Position numbers and translations under genes: made by a program
Notes under the pieces: generated by a model
What the model saw: only the letters and a program-made list of their open reading frames with translations
The model's database searches: none
Told to the model about the DNA's origin: nothing
In this document: one piece after another, positions 1 through 12,134 of the stretch
Layout of the letters: each line of letters opens with the position of its first letter
How positions within the stretch are numbered: position 1 is the first letter of the stretch
From: Bigelowiella natans CCMP2755
Taxonomy: Eukaryota > Protista > Cercozoa
NCBI GenBank assembly: GCA_000320545.1
Contig: ADNK01001929.1
Coordinates: 1 to 41,886 of the forward strand
DNA length: 41,886 bases
Direction of reading: 5' to 3'

Positions 1-137
1 ACCTACCTACCTACCTACCTAACCCTAACCCTAACCCTAACCCTAACCCTAACCCTAACCCCTAACCCTAACCCTAACCCTAACCCTAACCCTAACCCTA
101 ACCCTAACCCTAACCCTAACCCTAACCCGACCCCAAC
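1..137. repeat. Telomeric repeat array (CCCTAA)n = TTAGGG type, chromosome left end
   Basis: Tandem CCCTAA from ~18 to ~127. It is preceded by (ACCT)n at 1-20 and followed by degenerate units (CCCGA, CCCCAA). Confidence 0.97.
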
Positions 138-618
138 CGCTCTCATTTTTGCAACCTGCAGCGCAAACCAAAAGGCTCAAAAATGCAAGTGTGAACAGTT
201 TTGACCAGGTGTGTGTGCACGTGCATGGTCACGTAGGACAAGACTTGCGCATGGGAGCAGTGAGCCCTCTGTGCCAGTCTGCATGGTGTCTTTTTCGCTT
301 GAATCCCTGCGCTAATTGATGTCATTCATGGGGAGTTTGTCAACGTGTTGAACACTCTTCGACATTGAGCTCCTGGTGTGATGTGCGCACTAACGCCGCA
401 GCGTTGCATACACGCTTTCAATTGTGTCAGTTTCCTGGCTGTCTGACAAACATGACAATGCGCCATGCTAGCATGCAACAGAAAAGGAGGTTGACGATGC
501 ATTCCATGCATGCGAAACTCACCAGCATGTGACACTCAGCTGAATTAAATTGAAGGATTGTTGCTCTGCCGTGCCGCAAAATTGCATTGTTGACGATGAT
601 TGCACCATGCAGTGCAAA

Positions 619-2122
619 CTAAAGCTCGTCGGTGATGTGTGATTGGCCCAGCCCTGCTTTCACGACATCCACCAAATTGTTAATTGCATCTTCTCTCTCT
701 CTGTCATGCCGAAATTCGCGGGCGAGCACGAGTGTTTGATTCAAATATTGGTAAGGATTGTCATCGTATGATTCATAAAGTGCCATTTCCCCATCAGCAC
801 CTGCTGCTGCTCCTTCTCCTCCATTCTGCATTTCCAACTGATCCAATGCAGGCTCGATCTGTGTACCTTCTCCCCACTCATTGTACGATGTTATTGACAC
901 AATCGTTGCTTCAGCTGACACAAACAGCACAGCAGCATCAGATATATTTAGGGTAAGTAGAGACTTCAACACATCGAAGAATAAATTCTAGTCTTGAAAC
1001 TAAAACCATTCAGTGCGAGAAATAATAGTTGTGCCTGCATCACCCACATCATCACCTTCAATCGCTGCTCTCCACATAGTCTCATAATAACGGCCGTTGT
1101 CACGAATGCGCTTGTTGTGAGTATTCCAAGGGCGAATCTAAGGAAACAGAATTTTTAGTTTATCCTTTTACATGAGTCATTTAGGTGTCGTTGGCTTGCA
1201 AAATACCAAGATTATGAAAGACATATACAACATGATACTACGATAGCAGCACCTTGGTGTCGTCGTATCCGGGGCCTACACTTGCAATGAATATCTTATT
1301 ATATTTTTTTGCCCATTTGGACATCGTCTGCCAGTTGGACAATGATGAGCCATAACTGAATCCGGTTGCAGCAAAATATGTATAGAACCTTACCCATGCA
1401 CATAGTAGTAACACAAGTGTACAATAAATTATTTGTGACTCCCAGTCGAATGTGAGACTACTGATCACATATATGCTGATGCAACTTGTAACACTGCTGC
1501 TGCTGCTGCTGCTTCTGAATAATAAAGTGTACTCATCACACGATCAGCTATCAACATTCTTACCCATCGAAGACACGGAGATAGGTATGATGCCTTTCTT
1601 CAAGCCATAGTCCTATCTGAAATCAATCAGCAGATTTACATTTGCAACGGTGTAGCGTCGTTTTCTCAAAATCGATAGATCTTATTTTCGATAACTAATA
1701 GCCACACATCACAGCTGCGACGATGGACATCATTGTCGTATACGATGATGCGTTAAATGTTTAGAAATAGCAAGCTCATTCAAGACCAATTCGTAGATTA
1801 TTACAGTGAATATAAACAAATTATAACCTCCTCACGACTTTGATAACACACAACAAACCATTACAACAACTAACAAAACAGCACTTACGAAGATTCCATC
1901 GATGTCTGTATTGCGTACGGAGGATGTACCAGCTGGCAGTAATAGCTGTTCCCATTCCGAAAGTGATATATGATAACTATCATATACATAAAATAAGGGA
2001 AGATTTCTTTCTCCCCACCGTAGCAAACTGTCAGATTGGCCATATTTCTTCGTTATGTATCTGGAAAGAAAGAAAAGGTGAATCAAACTTTAGCATTGTA
2101 CAACTGTCTATTAAATTGAATA

Positions 2123-2165
<43 letters not shown>

Positions 2166-3456
2166 CTCCCGCAACTCTCATGCACAGACTCACCACCACT
2201 ACCACCATCACCACCACCTTAAATCTTGGCGTATAGTGTGGGCTGAACGTCCTGGATATGGCTCTAAGTGAAATGCAACCTTCATTGCACCTCCCTCAAC
2301 AAGATTAGCAGCTTCTAACACCATCAGAATGGCTGAGTCAGTATTCACGCCTTGTGTATCACTTGTACCCGGCATCGAAGGCCTAAAGAGGTATATATTT
2401 TATTATTTATGACACAAATTTAAACACATAACATATTGAGAACAACAATAAGCTCAGTGATACCAACACATAATTATATTTAAAAAAATAGCAAGTTCAG
2501 TGATAATACCATTTTTTTGTACAGCAGCTGCCCTATCATCTCAGAGCTACTACTACTATCATCTCACAGAGCTACTACTACTACTGAACCGTACCTGCCC
2601 CACCAGCTCACAACTACTACTCCGATTCCCGCATGCTTCATTTCTGTGAATTGGCTGGTGAGGGTCTCCACATTCTTTGACGAGTAACACCCTAGTAGTA
2701 GTAAGAACAGTAGTAAGAACAGCACCATCAATAATAATTCATGGGGTATTAGTAGGCTTTACCACAACAAGTACCAATAATTCCAGATGAGTTATATCTA
2801 TTTCTTCTTCTCCCCTTTCTTCCTAATACTTCTTGCTTCTTGTACTTTTTTGGTGATACTACTTATTTCTTACGAATGCTTTTCGTTCTTCTTTGTTTAC
2901 TACTGCTACCACCTCTAACGAGTGGATAGAGTATGATTATGTGTAGTGAATGGTTATAGTAGTAAGTACTACCTCTGAGCGGATAATATGTTGAATGGAT
3001 ACTCTTCGGTGGCTCGAAAACACTTCCGATATCGGGGTACTTATCGTTGACAGCTTTTGTCCAATGGGGTAACACTTCATGATTCCAGTGAAGATATCTA
3101 AGAGGCAGCAATGAGGTAATAATACATATTATGATTCCAGATGATGTCTAAGGAGAAGAGGCAGAAGAAGGAGAGAGCAACAAGTCACCAGCATTTACGA
3201 ACGTTAAAACAAACAAATAAACACAAGCCACAAATACACAAACATATTAAGTTGTTACGTGATTTTATAACCTCCCATCTGTCTTCGGCTCGCCATACCA
3301 CAGATAGAAAAATGCATGGACATCTTCGTTTGGAGATTCAAGGATCACTCCTTCCACCCCCCCCCCGTTGTATGCATTCCTATAACCACTGCAGTCGAAG
3401 AAGCGCATCACTGCCAACAATAGTGAAATATTACGAAACACGTCGCGGGCAGCCAT
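619..3456 (-). CDS. Glycoprotein endo-alpha-1,2-mannosidase (GH99, MANEA-like), multi-exon
   Basis: Exon peptides: VHAFFYLWYG; YLHWNHEVLPHW; YYPLRG; GIGVVVVSWWG; KVAFHLEPYPGRS; LPLFYVYDSY; FYTYFAATGFSYGSS; SVGPGYDDTK-IRPWN; and IVSITSYNEWGEGTQIEPA, which contains the GH99 catalytic EWxE. Likely start is MAARDVFRNISLLLAVMRFF (signal-peptide-like) at 3456. The protein ends in ITDEL*. Confidence 0.92.
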
Positions 3457-3896
3457 CGTCAGCAAGAGGCGATATACAGTTCTGCACCAATGTATGTTGT
3501 GTCTCTTCCGCTGCCATTCCCAATATTCCAAATGAGCAACAACTAGAGATAATTCTGAAATTTAACGCATTTAGAGCCTACGACATGCATGTGTACTAAA
3601 TTAAACACTAAAACAGGGAGGGCTAGCTATTTTAGCAACTTTCACATCTTCACAGCACTTGCAGTCAATCTCTCCCAGGTGTGAGCCTTCTATAGGAGAA
3701 TAAATAAATGTGATTTCTACGGTGCGACAAAGGCTTTTTGGTTGTCTTCCTCGGTTTTATCCTCAATAACATCATTCTTAACACAACTGTGCATGGCACA
3801 AGTGCTCACATACCATACCCCCTACCCAAAAAGACAAAGAACAAAAGGGGAACAAAGAACCACAAGAACCACTCCCCTCCCCTTGCTTTAAGTAAG

Positions 3897-4585
3897 ATGA
3901 GGAGGACTATGGCGCCCCGGACGGAGATAAAGAAAAGGGTTATCGTACCTTATTTGCTTTTAAGTATCACCACCGCTGGATGCGCCCTGCTGCTGTGTAC
4001 CACAACATGGGATATATCCCAGATTAAAAGCAGCTCTATCCAAACGAGGAGAGGTTTGATCGGATATTCACTCCCTTCTCGCAAATAATTGGTGAATAAA
4101 AATGTCTTTTGTTAGGTGCTACTAGATTCTTCCGTTTCGGGAAGGTGCGTGGTAGAGGCAGTCGTCATCGCTACGCAGCAGGTTACCATTTCCTCCATGG
4201 AGATAATCTCGGGCAAATGAAATGTTCCTGTGTGAAAGAGACTCCACAGAGCATCTTCGATGACCTGAAGGTATTAACAATTGATGATGAAACTTCATTC
4301 ACTAGTTGCGACGGGAAGGCGAACATCCCCGTGGTCTGTCTGTAACTAAATTTTATTGAGACATTATTGTTAATTATGGGAATGCAACTGTTCTACCAGA
4401 ACATGATGGAGAAGGATCCAACCACGGATTATAGGGAGTCACTGTAACCAGACGCAATTGCTAGCTACTACTCCAGTTGACTCACCTCAACAATGATTTA
4501 TTTCCTCAGCCACAACCGATTTTTTCTCGCTGCGTTTAGATATATGGTAAGGAAGGAAAGGTGAGAATATATGTACATATATAAG

Positions 4586-4627
<42 letters not shown>

Positions 4628-5162
4628 TCGCGCAAATTAAGCACACTAATATTTTGGTTAGAGGACACTTTAAACTGAATTAAAATGAATGTGTATTATT
4701 ATTTATGTGCAGTGGGATTAAATCAGATCTCCCAGGATATAAAGGACTTATGGAGGTGATACCTCTGCTTACTCATTTTCAGCAGGAGACTAATAAGCAC
4801 TATATCATTGTATAATACCATCTAACATGAAGGACTACAAGCAGTTACCTTGTAAAGATAATAATGATTAGAACAAATCGATAATAGTGGTGAACATTTT
4901 GGTCCGTCCTTAGGAATCACAGAATTTCATGATAAACGCAGAACAGGTACTGGAAATATAAGCAATTATGGGAGGTTTATACTAAGTAAAATTAGACAAA
5001 TTTTCTGCGCTATTCAGAGGAAAAAGTAGAAAATCCTGTTGCTTTTTATCAGAATGAGCAAAAAGATATGGTCGTATACTTGATGTCGCTAATCTTTGAT
5101 CCACTCAAGGTGATTAGCGATAATGAGACGATGACGATGACGACGACTACAATTATGATGAT

Positions 5163-5193
<31 letters not shown>

Positions 5194-5936
5194 ATGATGG
5201 TAGTCGCATAGGAAATTCATCCTTTAATGGTAATGGCGATGATCTGCAGGTTGACCTGCAGATTAATTCTCAAGTCAACAACTATTGACGTGATCCTTCC
5301 ATGGAGGAATGGCCTATTATTCAAACACACGCATACAAAGGGAGGGAAGGAGAGGGACATACACACGCACATATACTTGTATATTCATTTGTTCGTGTTG
5401 TTACATGTGTCACGTCGGGGCGTGGTTTGCCTTCTTCTTTGTTCAGCCGATATGGGAACTTCTGCTCGTGCGAAAAGGGTATCAGTGTGTATCATATTTG
5501 TGTGATATTGTATGTTAGAGGAGTAGAAGAAATTTGAACTAAGAAGAAAACGAATATGATGAGTATTTACAGGAAAATACAGGCATTAAATCCTATGCAA
5601 CACTGATGAATATATGGAGAGTGTGCTTGCTTTTGAGCCGGCATATGTTGTAGCCAAGGAAATCTATTAAATTACGATGTCGCATGCTTAATATTCTCTC
5701 CTCACCGTCATCATCATCATCATCATCATCTTCCTCTTCTTCTTTCTCTTGTTCTTCCTCTTTCTTTTTCTTTCCATATGCTCACTTTAACAGAAAAGAG
5801 CCGTATCCTTGGACTCCCGTGATTATGTCGATATTTACTCCTTTTTTCATGGATTTTCTCGTTGGTCCCTCAAAGGTGGGTGGTACTACGTCGATATATC
5901 ACGGAAAATATTTTCTTCTTTATATTCTGATCGAAG

Positions 5937-5975
<39 letters not shown>

Positions 5976-6380
5976 TACACACAGTTTTGAACACATAAGT
6001 AGCAGCCACTCATATATTATTAGGTAATAGTATAGCGCATGAAATATAGGAACGATGATAGATATTGTTGACATGCAAAGTTTTTGGTCGTCAAAGATAA
6101 TATGATTCTATCTATAGTAGGATGATAGAGTTACTTTATAGTAATAAACTTGTTATCTTAGATGATGAGCACGCACAACTACAACCACAGCCCAAGTGCA
6201 AATCCACATATATGAGCGTCGTGTCGTCGTGTTGATTGTTATTGCTAATTTGCCTGGCACTCTCTAATTCATTCTACTCTACTACCAGCCAAATCTAAGA
6301 CCTGAGGACAAGAAACCTGGGGGAATGCTAGTAGAAAAGTGTAGGTAGTTATATTGGTATGGGTGAGTGAGTGAGTGTGC

Positions 6381-6418
<38 letters not shown>

Positions 6419-6560
6419 ATTGAGATTCCTTCAGCATCTTGCTTGGGCCAACAGAAACCCCCCCTGGTTACTGATTCTATTCATTCGTGCTGCCTCTATT
6501 TTTACATTTGTTGGAAAATAGGTGGTTGGAAGAAGCTAATTGTAAAGGAATGTGTATAAA
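3897..6560 (+). CDS. Multi-exon hypothetical protein with N-terminal hydrophobic anchor (type II membrane-like); exon structure and 3' end unresolved
   Basis: MRRTMAPRTEIKKRVIVPYLLLSITTAGCALLLC is followed by several GT-AG bounded open segments (for example 4116-4270, ~4890-4947, ~5018-5110, ~5794-5937) separated by microsatellite-rich introns. No family recognised. Confidence 0.45.
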
Positions 6561-8180
6561 CCAGTGTAAACTTCCGGGTCAAGCTTACTTCTTTGTACGT
6601 GCATAGTAGTGTGGATCTTTTTGTGTAGTTGATCAGTAGTAGTACTTCAACGAATGAGTCCTTGCCGACGAAGAACTATATACTCATCCATTAGTTTATG
6701 GAATGTCATAGTGTACAGTTTGGGGGGGGAAGGGATAACGATAAGATACCATACCATCCTGCCTTGCTAACATGCTCATTTCATGGAGCTTACTTTCATG
6801 TAGAAATAGAACAAAAGACGGATTATATGAGTCCTGATATGACCTCTCTAAGTAACTAACCGTCTCTCCGCCTGTTCTTGTTCTTCTTCTGATTTTTTCC
6901 TTTGCAGGAGGGTCTTGGACTTCCATTTACGATGAAACCTAACTTCACAACGAAAGCATGCCAGTGGAGCTTCGGCGTACACCCTCCACCTGTACTTGTA
7001 TTTCCCCTTCCACTTAATTATATCTTAATGTTCAATTTGTTCCTTTACTCTCCCTTTGGGGCTCAATGATCTGCCGTGAGCCCTGCTGCATAAAGCTATC
7101 TTTCCTTAACGTTTGCCAAAGAAACGGCTCAGCGTGAATGTTCCGTTTCTAGGGCTGGTGTTAATAGCTATATCTTCTTTTTCATTCCCCTCTTTCATTC
7201 CTTATCATCCATGACCCTCCCTTTTCTCTCGCTTACTTTTTATCAGGTGGAAGATGATGATACCATTCCAAAGGGCTGCTTGAAGGGCTGCCCAACGAAG
7301 TTAATGCCGGTCGTTGTTCTATGAATAATCAATACAGATGTTTTTTGTCGTAGCTATGTCGAAACCCGGTATTCTAATTTACTCTGAACGGTTGCATGGT
7401 TAGGTATATGAAGACGACAAGGGTCAAAATTGGATATGAGCATTGTAGCCTTTTGTGTACGCGGCTAACTATGATTAGAACTGCTGACTTTGGCAGTCCA
7501 TTAATTGTCAAATGCATTTCTGCTGGTTTCCTTCTGTATCAAGCTAAGAATAATTCATCACATTGTAAGAGTCCATGTTTGATCATATGCGTACTGTGCG
7601 TCACATGTGGCGACAATGTGTAGATGAAGAGAATTTCATCATGGATAAACAAAAGTGTAGCGCGTAAGTGCATGAGCGGATTAAATAGCCGCAAGAACGG
7701 CAATAATGCGTCAACAAATGATAGACATTATACTAGCACGCATTATTCGGAGCATCGCAATATCGCAATGCATGTACTTATTACATGCATGGGCACCCAC
7801 TTCGATTCGATGCGCGCGCTGCAAGTCATGCATGATGTGCCGCACATGTGCACGCACACACACACACACACACATGTGACAATGCATGCCGCCGCATTGG
7901 ATTGAGCTATATCTAGCTGTCTGATTGGTTGAGTCTTCAGTCGCAGCTTGCATTGCTAGATTGCACACGATACAATAGACACAGTATATATAATATATAT
8001 AATATATATGATATATACGTATGTCTATAGTCGATGCAACTCTCATCAACGACGCTGTGCATATGCTATGAATTTCCCGGCGTCACAATCAACATAACAA
8101 GAGAAGTTGATCATTATTGCAATGCAGCATTACTTTTGATTCACTACCTAATTCATATCCTTCGTCCTTTGAAAACGGCA

Positions 8181-8753
8181 TTAGTCATAAGTCCTTTGAA
8201 CGAGAGTGAGTTTTGCCTCGCATTTTCCCAGATCTCCTATGTCAAAGCTTTCTCTGCAACTTTCGAACTGATCAATCTGCTTACCCCTGTACAGCGTTGC
8301 ACTCCTTCCAAATAATTTTATTGATCTTCTACTGCGAGCTAGGTAGTACAGTTCCACTGTGTCAACGAGCTCGTTTTCATCTAAATACATCGTGAAATTT
8401 CTGTGTTCGGATTTTTTAATCTCGAACTCTACCAGGACGTCGATCTTCAGTTTGTCTTTGGCTTTAGTTGGATCTTCCCATTGACTCTCAAAATAGCGTC
8501 CAGAAATTCTCACTTTCTCTATAATTTCGTTCATCTTCTCCCAATCCTGTAGGAGTAGATGATTTAAAAAACATGTACAGAAATGGTTCGAAGGGACTCT
8601 TAGTGCCATAGCATGCGTGTGCACGTGCCTGTGTATGTGCGTGTGCATTGTGTGCGTCCACTTCTGGTGGGCGTGCTCAAACACAAAAATCATAGATAGC
8701 TCTCGCGAACTCATATTTGAAGGAGGACCTCCTGCTTCTTCGAAGGCAAGCAT
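8181..8753 (-). CDS. Hypothetical protein (3' coding portion; upstream exons uncertain)
   Basis: 8181-8548 gives a protein-like segment (DWEKMNEIIEKV...LTLVQRTYD*) after a plausible acceptor ctacag. The intervening HTMHTHIH stretch looks intronic. Confidence 0.45.
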   Translation of the reverse strand: MLAFEEAGGPPSNMSSRELSMIFVFEHAHQKWTHTMHTHIHRHVHTHAMALRVPSNHFCTCFLNHLLLQDWEKMNEIIEKVRISGRYFESQWEDPTKAKDKLKIDVLVEFEIKKSEHRNFTMYLDENELVDTVELYYLARSRRSIKLFGRSATLYRGKQIDQFESCRESFDIGDLGKCEAKLTLVQRTYD

Positions 8754-9091
8754 TTCAGGACTTCTTCCTCGGATACTGTCTCAGCCATTCAGCCTGACAT
8801 AAAATCGAAGGACAAGATATGAAAATGAAGTCTTATTGATAGAAAATTCTCATCACCGTTCCGCCTCCTTTGGCTTAAATTTTGGGTGGGCGGCTTGCAG
8901 AGAAAGTAGATATCGGGGAGGGGGACATGTACGTTACTGTAACTGTCAGCTCCAAAATTGAGAGTTACTTAGTTAGTTAGTTAGTTAGTTAGTTAGTACT
9001 AGTTAATCTTTTCGCGCCATTGACTTCCCAGATATGTTGTTACACCGAAGTGATTTTCATAGTGGATGTTGTCTCATAACGGACATTAGTT

Positions 9092-9206
<115 letters not shown>

Positions 9207-9979
9207 GACACGTCTGCGCTCTGTGTGTGCAGAAGCGAATGCTTGGACGCTTTCTACGGCGCAGTCCACTCATGAGAAGCTTGACGAATCATTTAAGATC
9301 CTCCTTTTCATTCCCTCGTTCACATGGAGCCTCTAGTTCTAGGTTTGGTGCCGCGGTTATCGTTGTACTTCTGGTCTTCCTCCTCATTCTTTCCCAGCCG
9401 TCAGTCTTCCCAGCAAACCACGAAGGTAAAATGTTGAGCTTTCTTCTTCCAGATCTCTCACAAAGCGAGGATAAAGTTACCAAATAATTCCCGTTATGTG
9501 ATATGAATTTGGAATCTATGTCGAATGGTTAAGGAGTAATTGCTATCTTTTACAACAGATGAAGTATTGGTAAATAGTGACCAGGGTGGGGCTGTTTTGA
9601 AGAACCCTAAGGAAATCGGTGAGAGACATACCCTTCCTGTGAGCTTAGGTATTGGAAAACTATTAAGTGATATCGTGTACATTTTGTATGCAATAATCTA
9701 TAATCTTATGGAAAAATGGATTAACATTCAGGCGAATTGACCACGAAGCTGCCTGGGTAATCAACGGTTTTGATCAGTGACACGAGCGAACTAGTACATT
9801 ATGATATAATTCTATTTGCCCGCTGCATTATTGTAGCGTCTACGCTTGACTCTCTGCCCTTTTCTTCCACGAGAAACGCTCAAATATTAGCTCACGTCGT
9901 CGTCTTAGTCTTCATTCCGTCCTGCAACTATGTTTCTCCCGATCATTCATTTATTAGGGTCGTCGATAAAAAAAAGAGG

Positions 9980-10708
9980 ATGAAGGTGCTAGTATATATT
10001 CCAGGAATAGGTTGCCGTAACCCTGAACGGCTTATCAATGTCTATGAAAACGTGCGTACGTTGAAAGCTACTGCAAAGTATACAGAAATGCACTGCGTGA
10101 TCGGTTCATATCTCAAACGAAAAGATTTCCATAAGTACAACAACGAGACCTACTTTCGAATGCTGGAAGATTTAGAGAAAGAGTGTAGGGTGTTCTATAC
10201 ACCAGGTGCACACTATTCTGATTTCACACGCTTCATGCATCCTTACCTCCTGGAAGTGGCTGGATTTGATTACATTTTGTCCGTGCAAGATGACGTCATC
10301 GTAGGACGCGAGTTCAACGTAGATCGTGAGTTCCGATTTGCTACAAAGTATGGATTAGATGTCTTCTCACCTAACATCATCCTCGCGCACCACTTTCCCA
10401 CCCTTATCGGTGATAACAACCAAATTGAAAACAAGACTCTGATCGTTTATACGGATTTTATCGAAATATTTATCACCGCATTCACACCAAGGGCTTGGGA
10501 GTGCTACTATCATTGCTCAGACCACAACCAGTTGAGTAAAGGCTGGGGAATGGATATGGGAATTTACAAGTTCTGCAAAGATGTTCGTGGGTAAATAAGC
10601 AGCAAAAGTAGCAGCAGTAGTATTTGTATGTAGTACTGGTAGAAAATAGCAGCACCTGTCCATAATATTTGGGGATTAATGCTCATCTCGTATAAATATG
10701 GATACGGC

Positions 10709-10742
<34 letters not shown>

Positions 10743-10795
10743 TATATAAACATATCTTTCATTACATTATATTATCTGCTAGGAGACACACATAC

Positions 10796-10829
<34 letters not shown>

Positions 10830-11148
10830 AACATACACGTATATATTTATTATAGGTGTATATACATATGTGTTTGTGTGTGTGCTGGCGTATAGGCACA
10901 GCGATTTTAAAATGGGAGTTTTCAAAAATGTGACTTCTAGTCACGGTATTCTTGGGGATAAAGGGGTGCTAGCCAAGTATCCAAGTTGGCGCAATGAATC
11001 GGCTGTTGTGCAGCTGCGTAGATTTGAAAAGCAAAATAACCAGCCAGACGGTCAGGAAATACCGATGACTTCGCCCTTCTCCGACCATTATCTAGCCTTC
11101 ATAGATAAGAAGGGCATTTATAGGAAATCTCTAAAGGATTATGAATGA
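9980..11148 (+). CDS. DUF707-like (putative glycosyltransferase-related) protein, 2+ exons (intron ~10591-10895); start may lie further upstream
   Basis: FDYILSVQDDV...KYGLDVFSP...DFIEIFITAFTPRAWECYY...KGWGMD matches the DUF707 pattern YDYIFxWDED...GLEISQP...FVEIMAPVFSRxAWRC...GWGLD. Confidence 0.72.
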
Positions 11149-11829
11149 TGGCTCATTTAATATTTGGGCGCACTTGCTGGCGTGCTGCTGGTATGAGTGT
11201 GGTATAGCCTTGCTCTTTTGTGCAGCTGGCCATCCAATTTTACAAAAGAATCAACATTTATATTTGCACAGCATGCAATACGTACACCCGTAGCTGTTGA
11301 GACTGTATCGCTTAAGACAGTGAAAGTTACGTTACGCGTGTGTTTAATGTGTACTCTAGCTAGTACTGACAATGCTGCGTTAGCGGAAAATTGTCATTGT
11401 ACAGTAGTTACAATGTTACGCTCTTAATTACACTTTTCTACCTTGATGACACACATTTTTATACGTCGTGTACTTCTACCTTACGACAAGTAGCTAGCTA
11501 GCTAAATGATCTAAAATAACATACGTGCCCGGTAAGTACACGCTGCACTGTGCCAAATTGGTTGTCCACTGCACTAGTGCATGTGTTGCTATATTGTACG
11601 CGCTTTAGTATGTCGCTATTGAACTTGCAACCCAGTAGCACGTGAATGACGACTTGCACATAGCTAGTAAATAGACACAGCATGATACTGACGCGTAAAT
11701 GCTAAATGTATACCTGGTTGTTGTCTTACATTTACATAGTCCATTTAGCAAACTTGCCACCTTTATAACATAAATGCTCACTGATAATTCCCCAGTTAGT
11801 TGCTCGACATCGATCTATTTGCACAAGGT

Positions 11830-11898
11830 TCGTGGTTTCCTCAGATTAGCGCCAAGCAGAAATCTGTTTTCCGGCGCCATCGTCATATTCTTGTACGA
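11830..11898 (-). promoter_or_regulatory. Eukaryotic SECIS element (type II-like) in the MsrB 3'UTR
   Basis: Minus strand reads ...tcgtacaagaat ATGAC GATGGCGCC GG AAAA CAG-ATTT-CTG CTT GGCGCTAATC TGAG gaaaccacga. This gives an AUGA core, an AA motif 12 nt downstream, helix GATGGCGCC/GGCGCTAATC, an apical mini-stem, a 3' GA, and lower helix TCGT/ACGA. It lies ~240 nt after the stop codon. Confidence 0.85.
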
Positions 11899-12134
11899 GA
11901 TATCTGTTACTAAGTGAAATATAAGTTCCCTTAAAAACGTCATCTCATCGCACCGTCCTTCCTGAATCGATCGTTTCCTCTCTGAAAATGTAGAGAAAGA
12001 AGTGATACTGTTAATTGTCCCCCCCCTCAAACACCACGTCGCAGCTGCTGAGATCTAGCTGTCTTGTTAGGAGCGGGACATCATCTTACATCTTCTCATT
12101 ACGTTTTACCTCAACATGTATATCATCCTCCGAC

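Noticed and set aside
1-20. (ACCT)n as a distinct telomere variant
   Set aside because: It is at the extreme contig end and is likely a base-calling or consensus artefact.
4400-4546. In-frame TGA (SPQQ*FISS) as a second Sec or readthrough site
   Set aside because: A GT-AG intron at ~4438-4509 removes it in frame, and I saw no redox motif or SECIS.
11150-11760. Another TpA-void block
   Set aside because: It is CTAG/TGCA-rich but retains many GTAC, TTA and ATA sites, so it is at most weakly affected.
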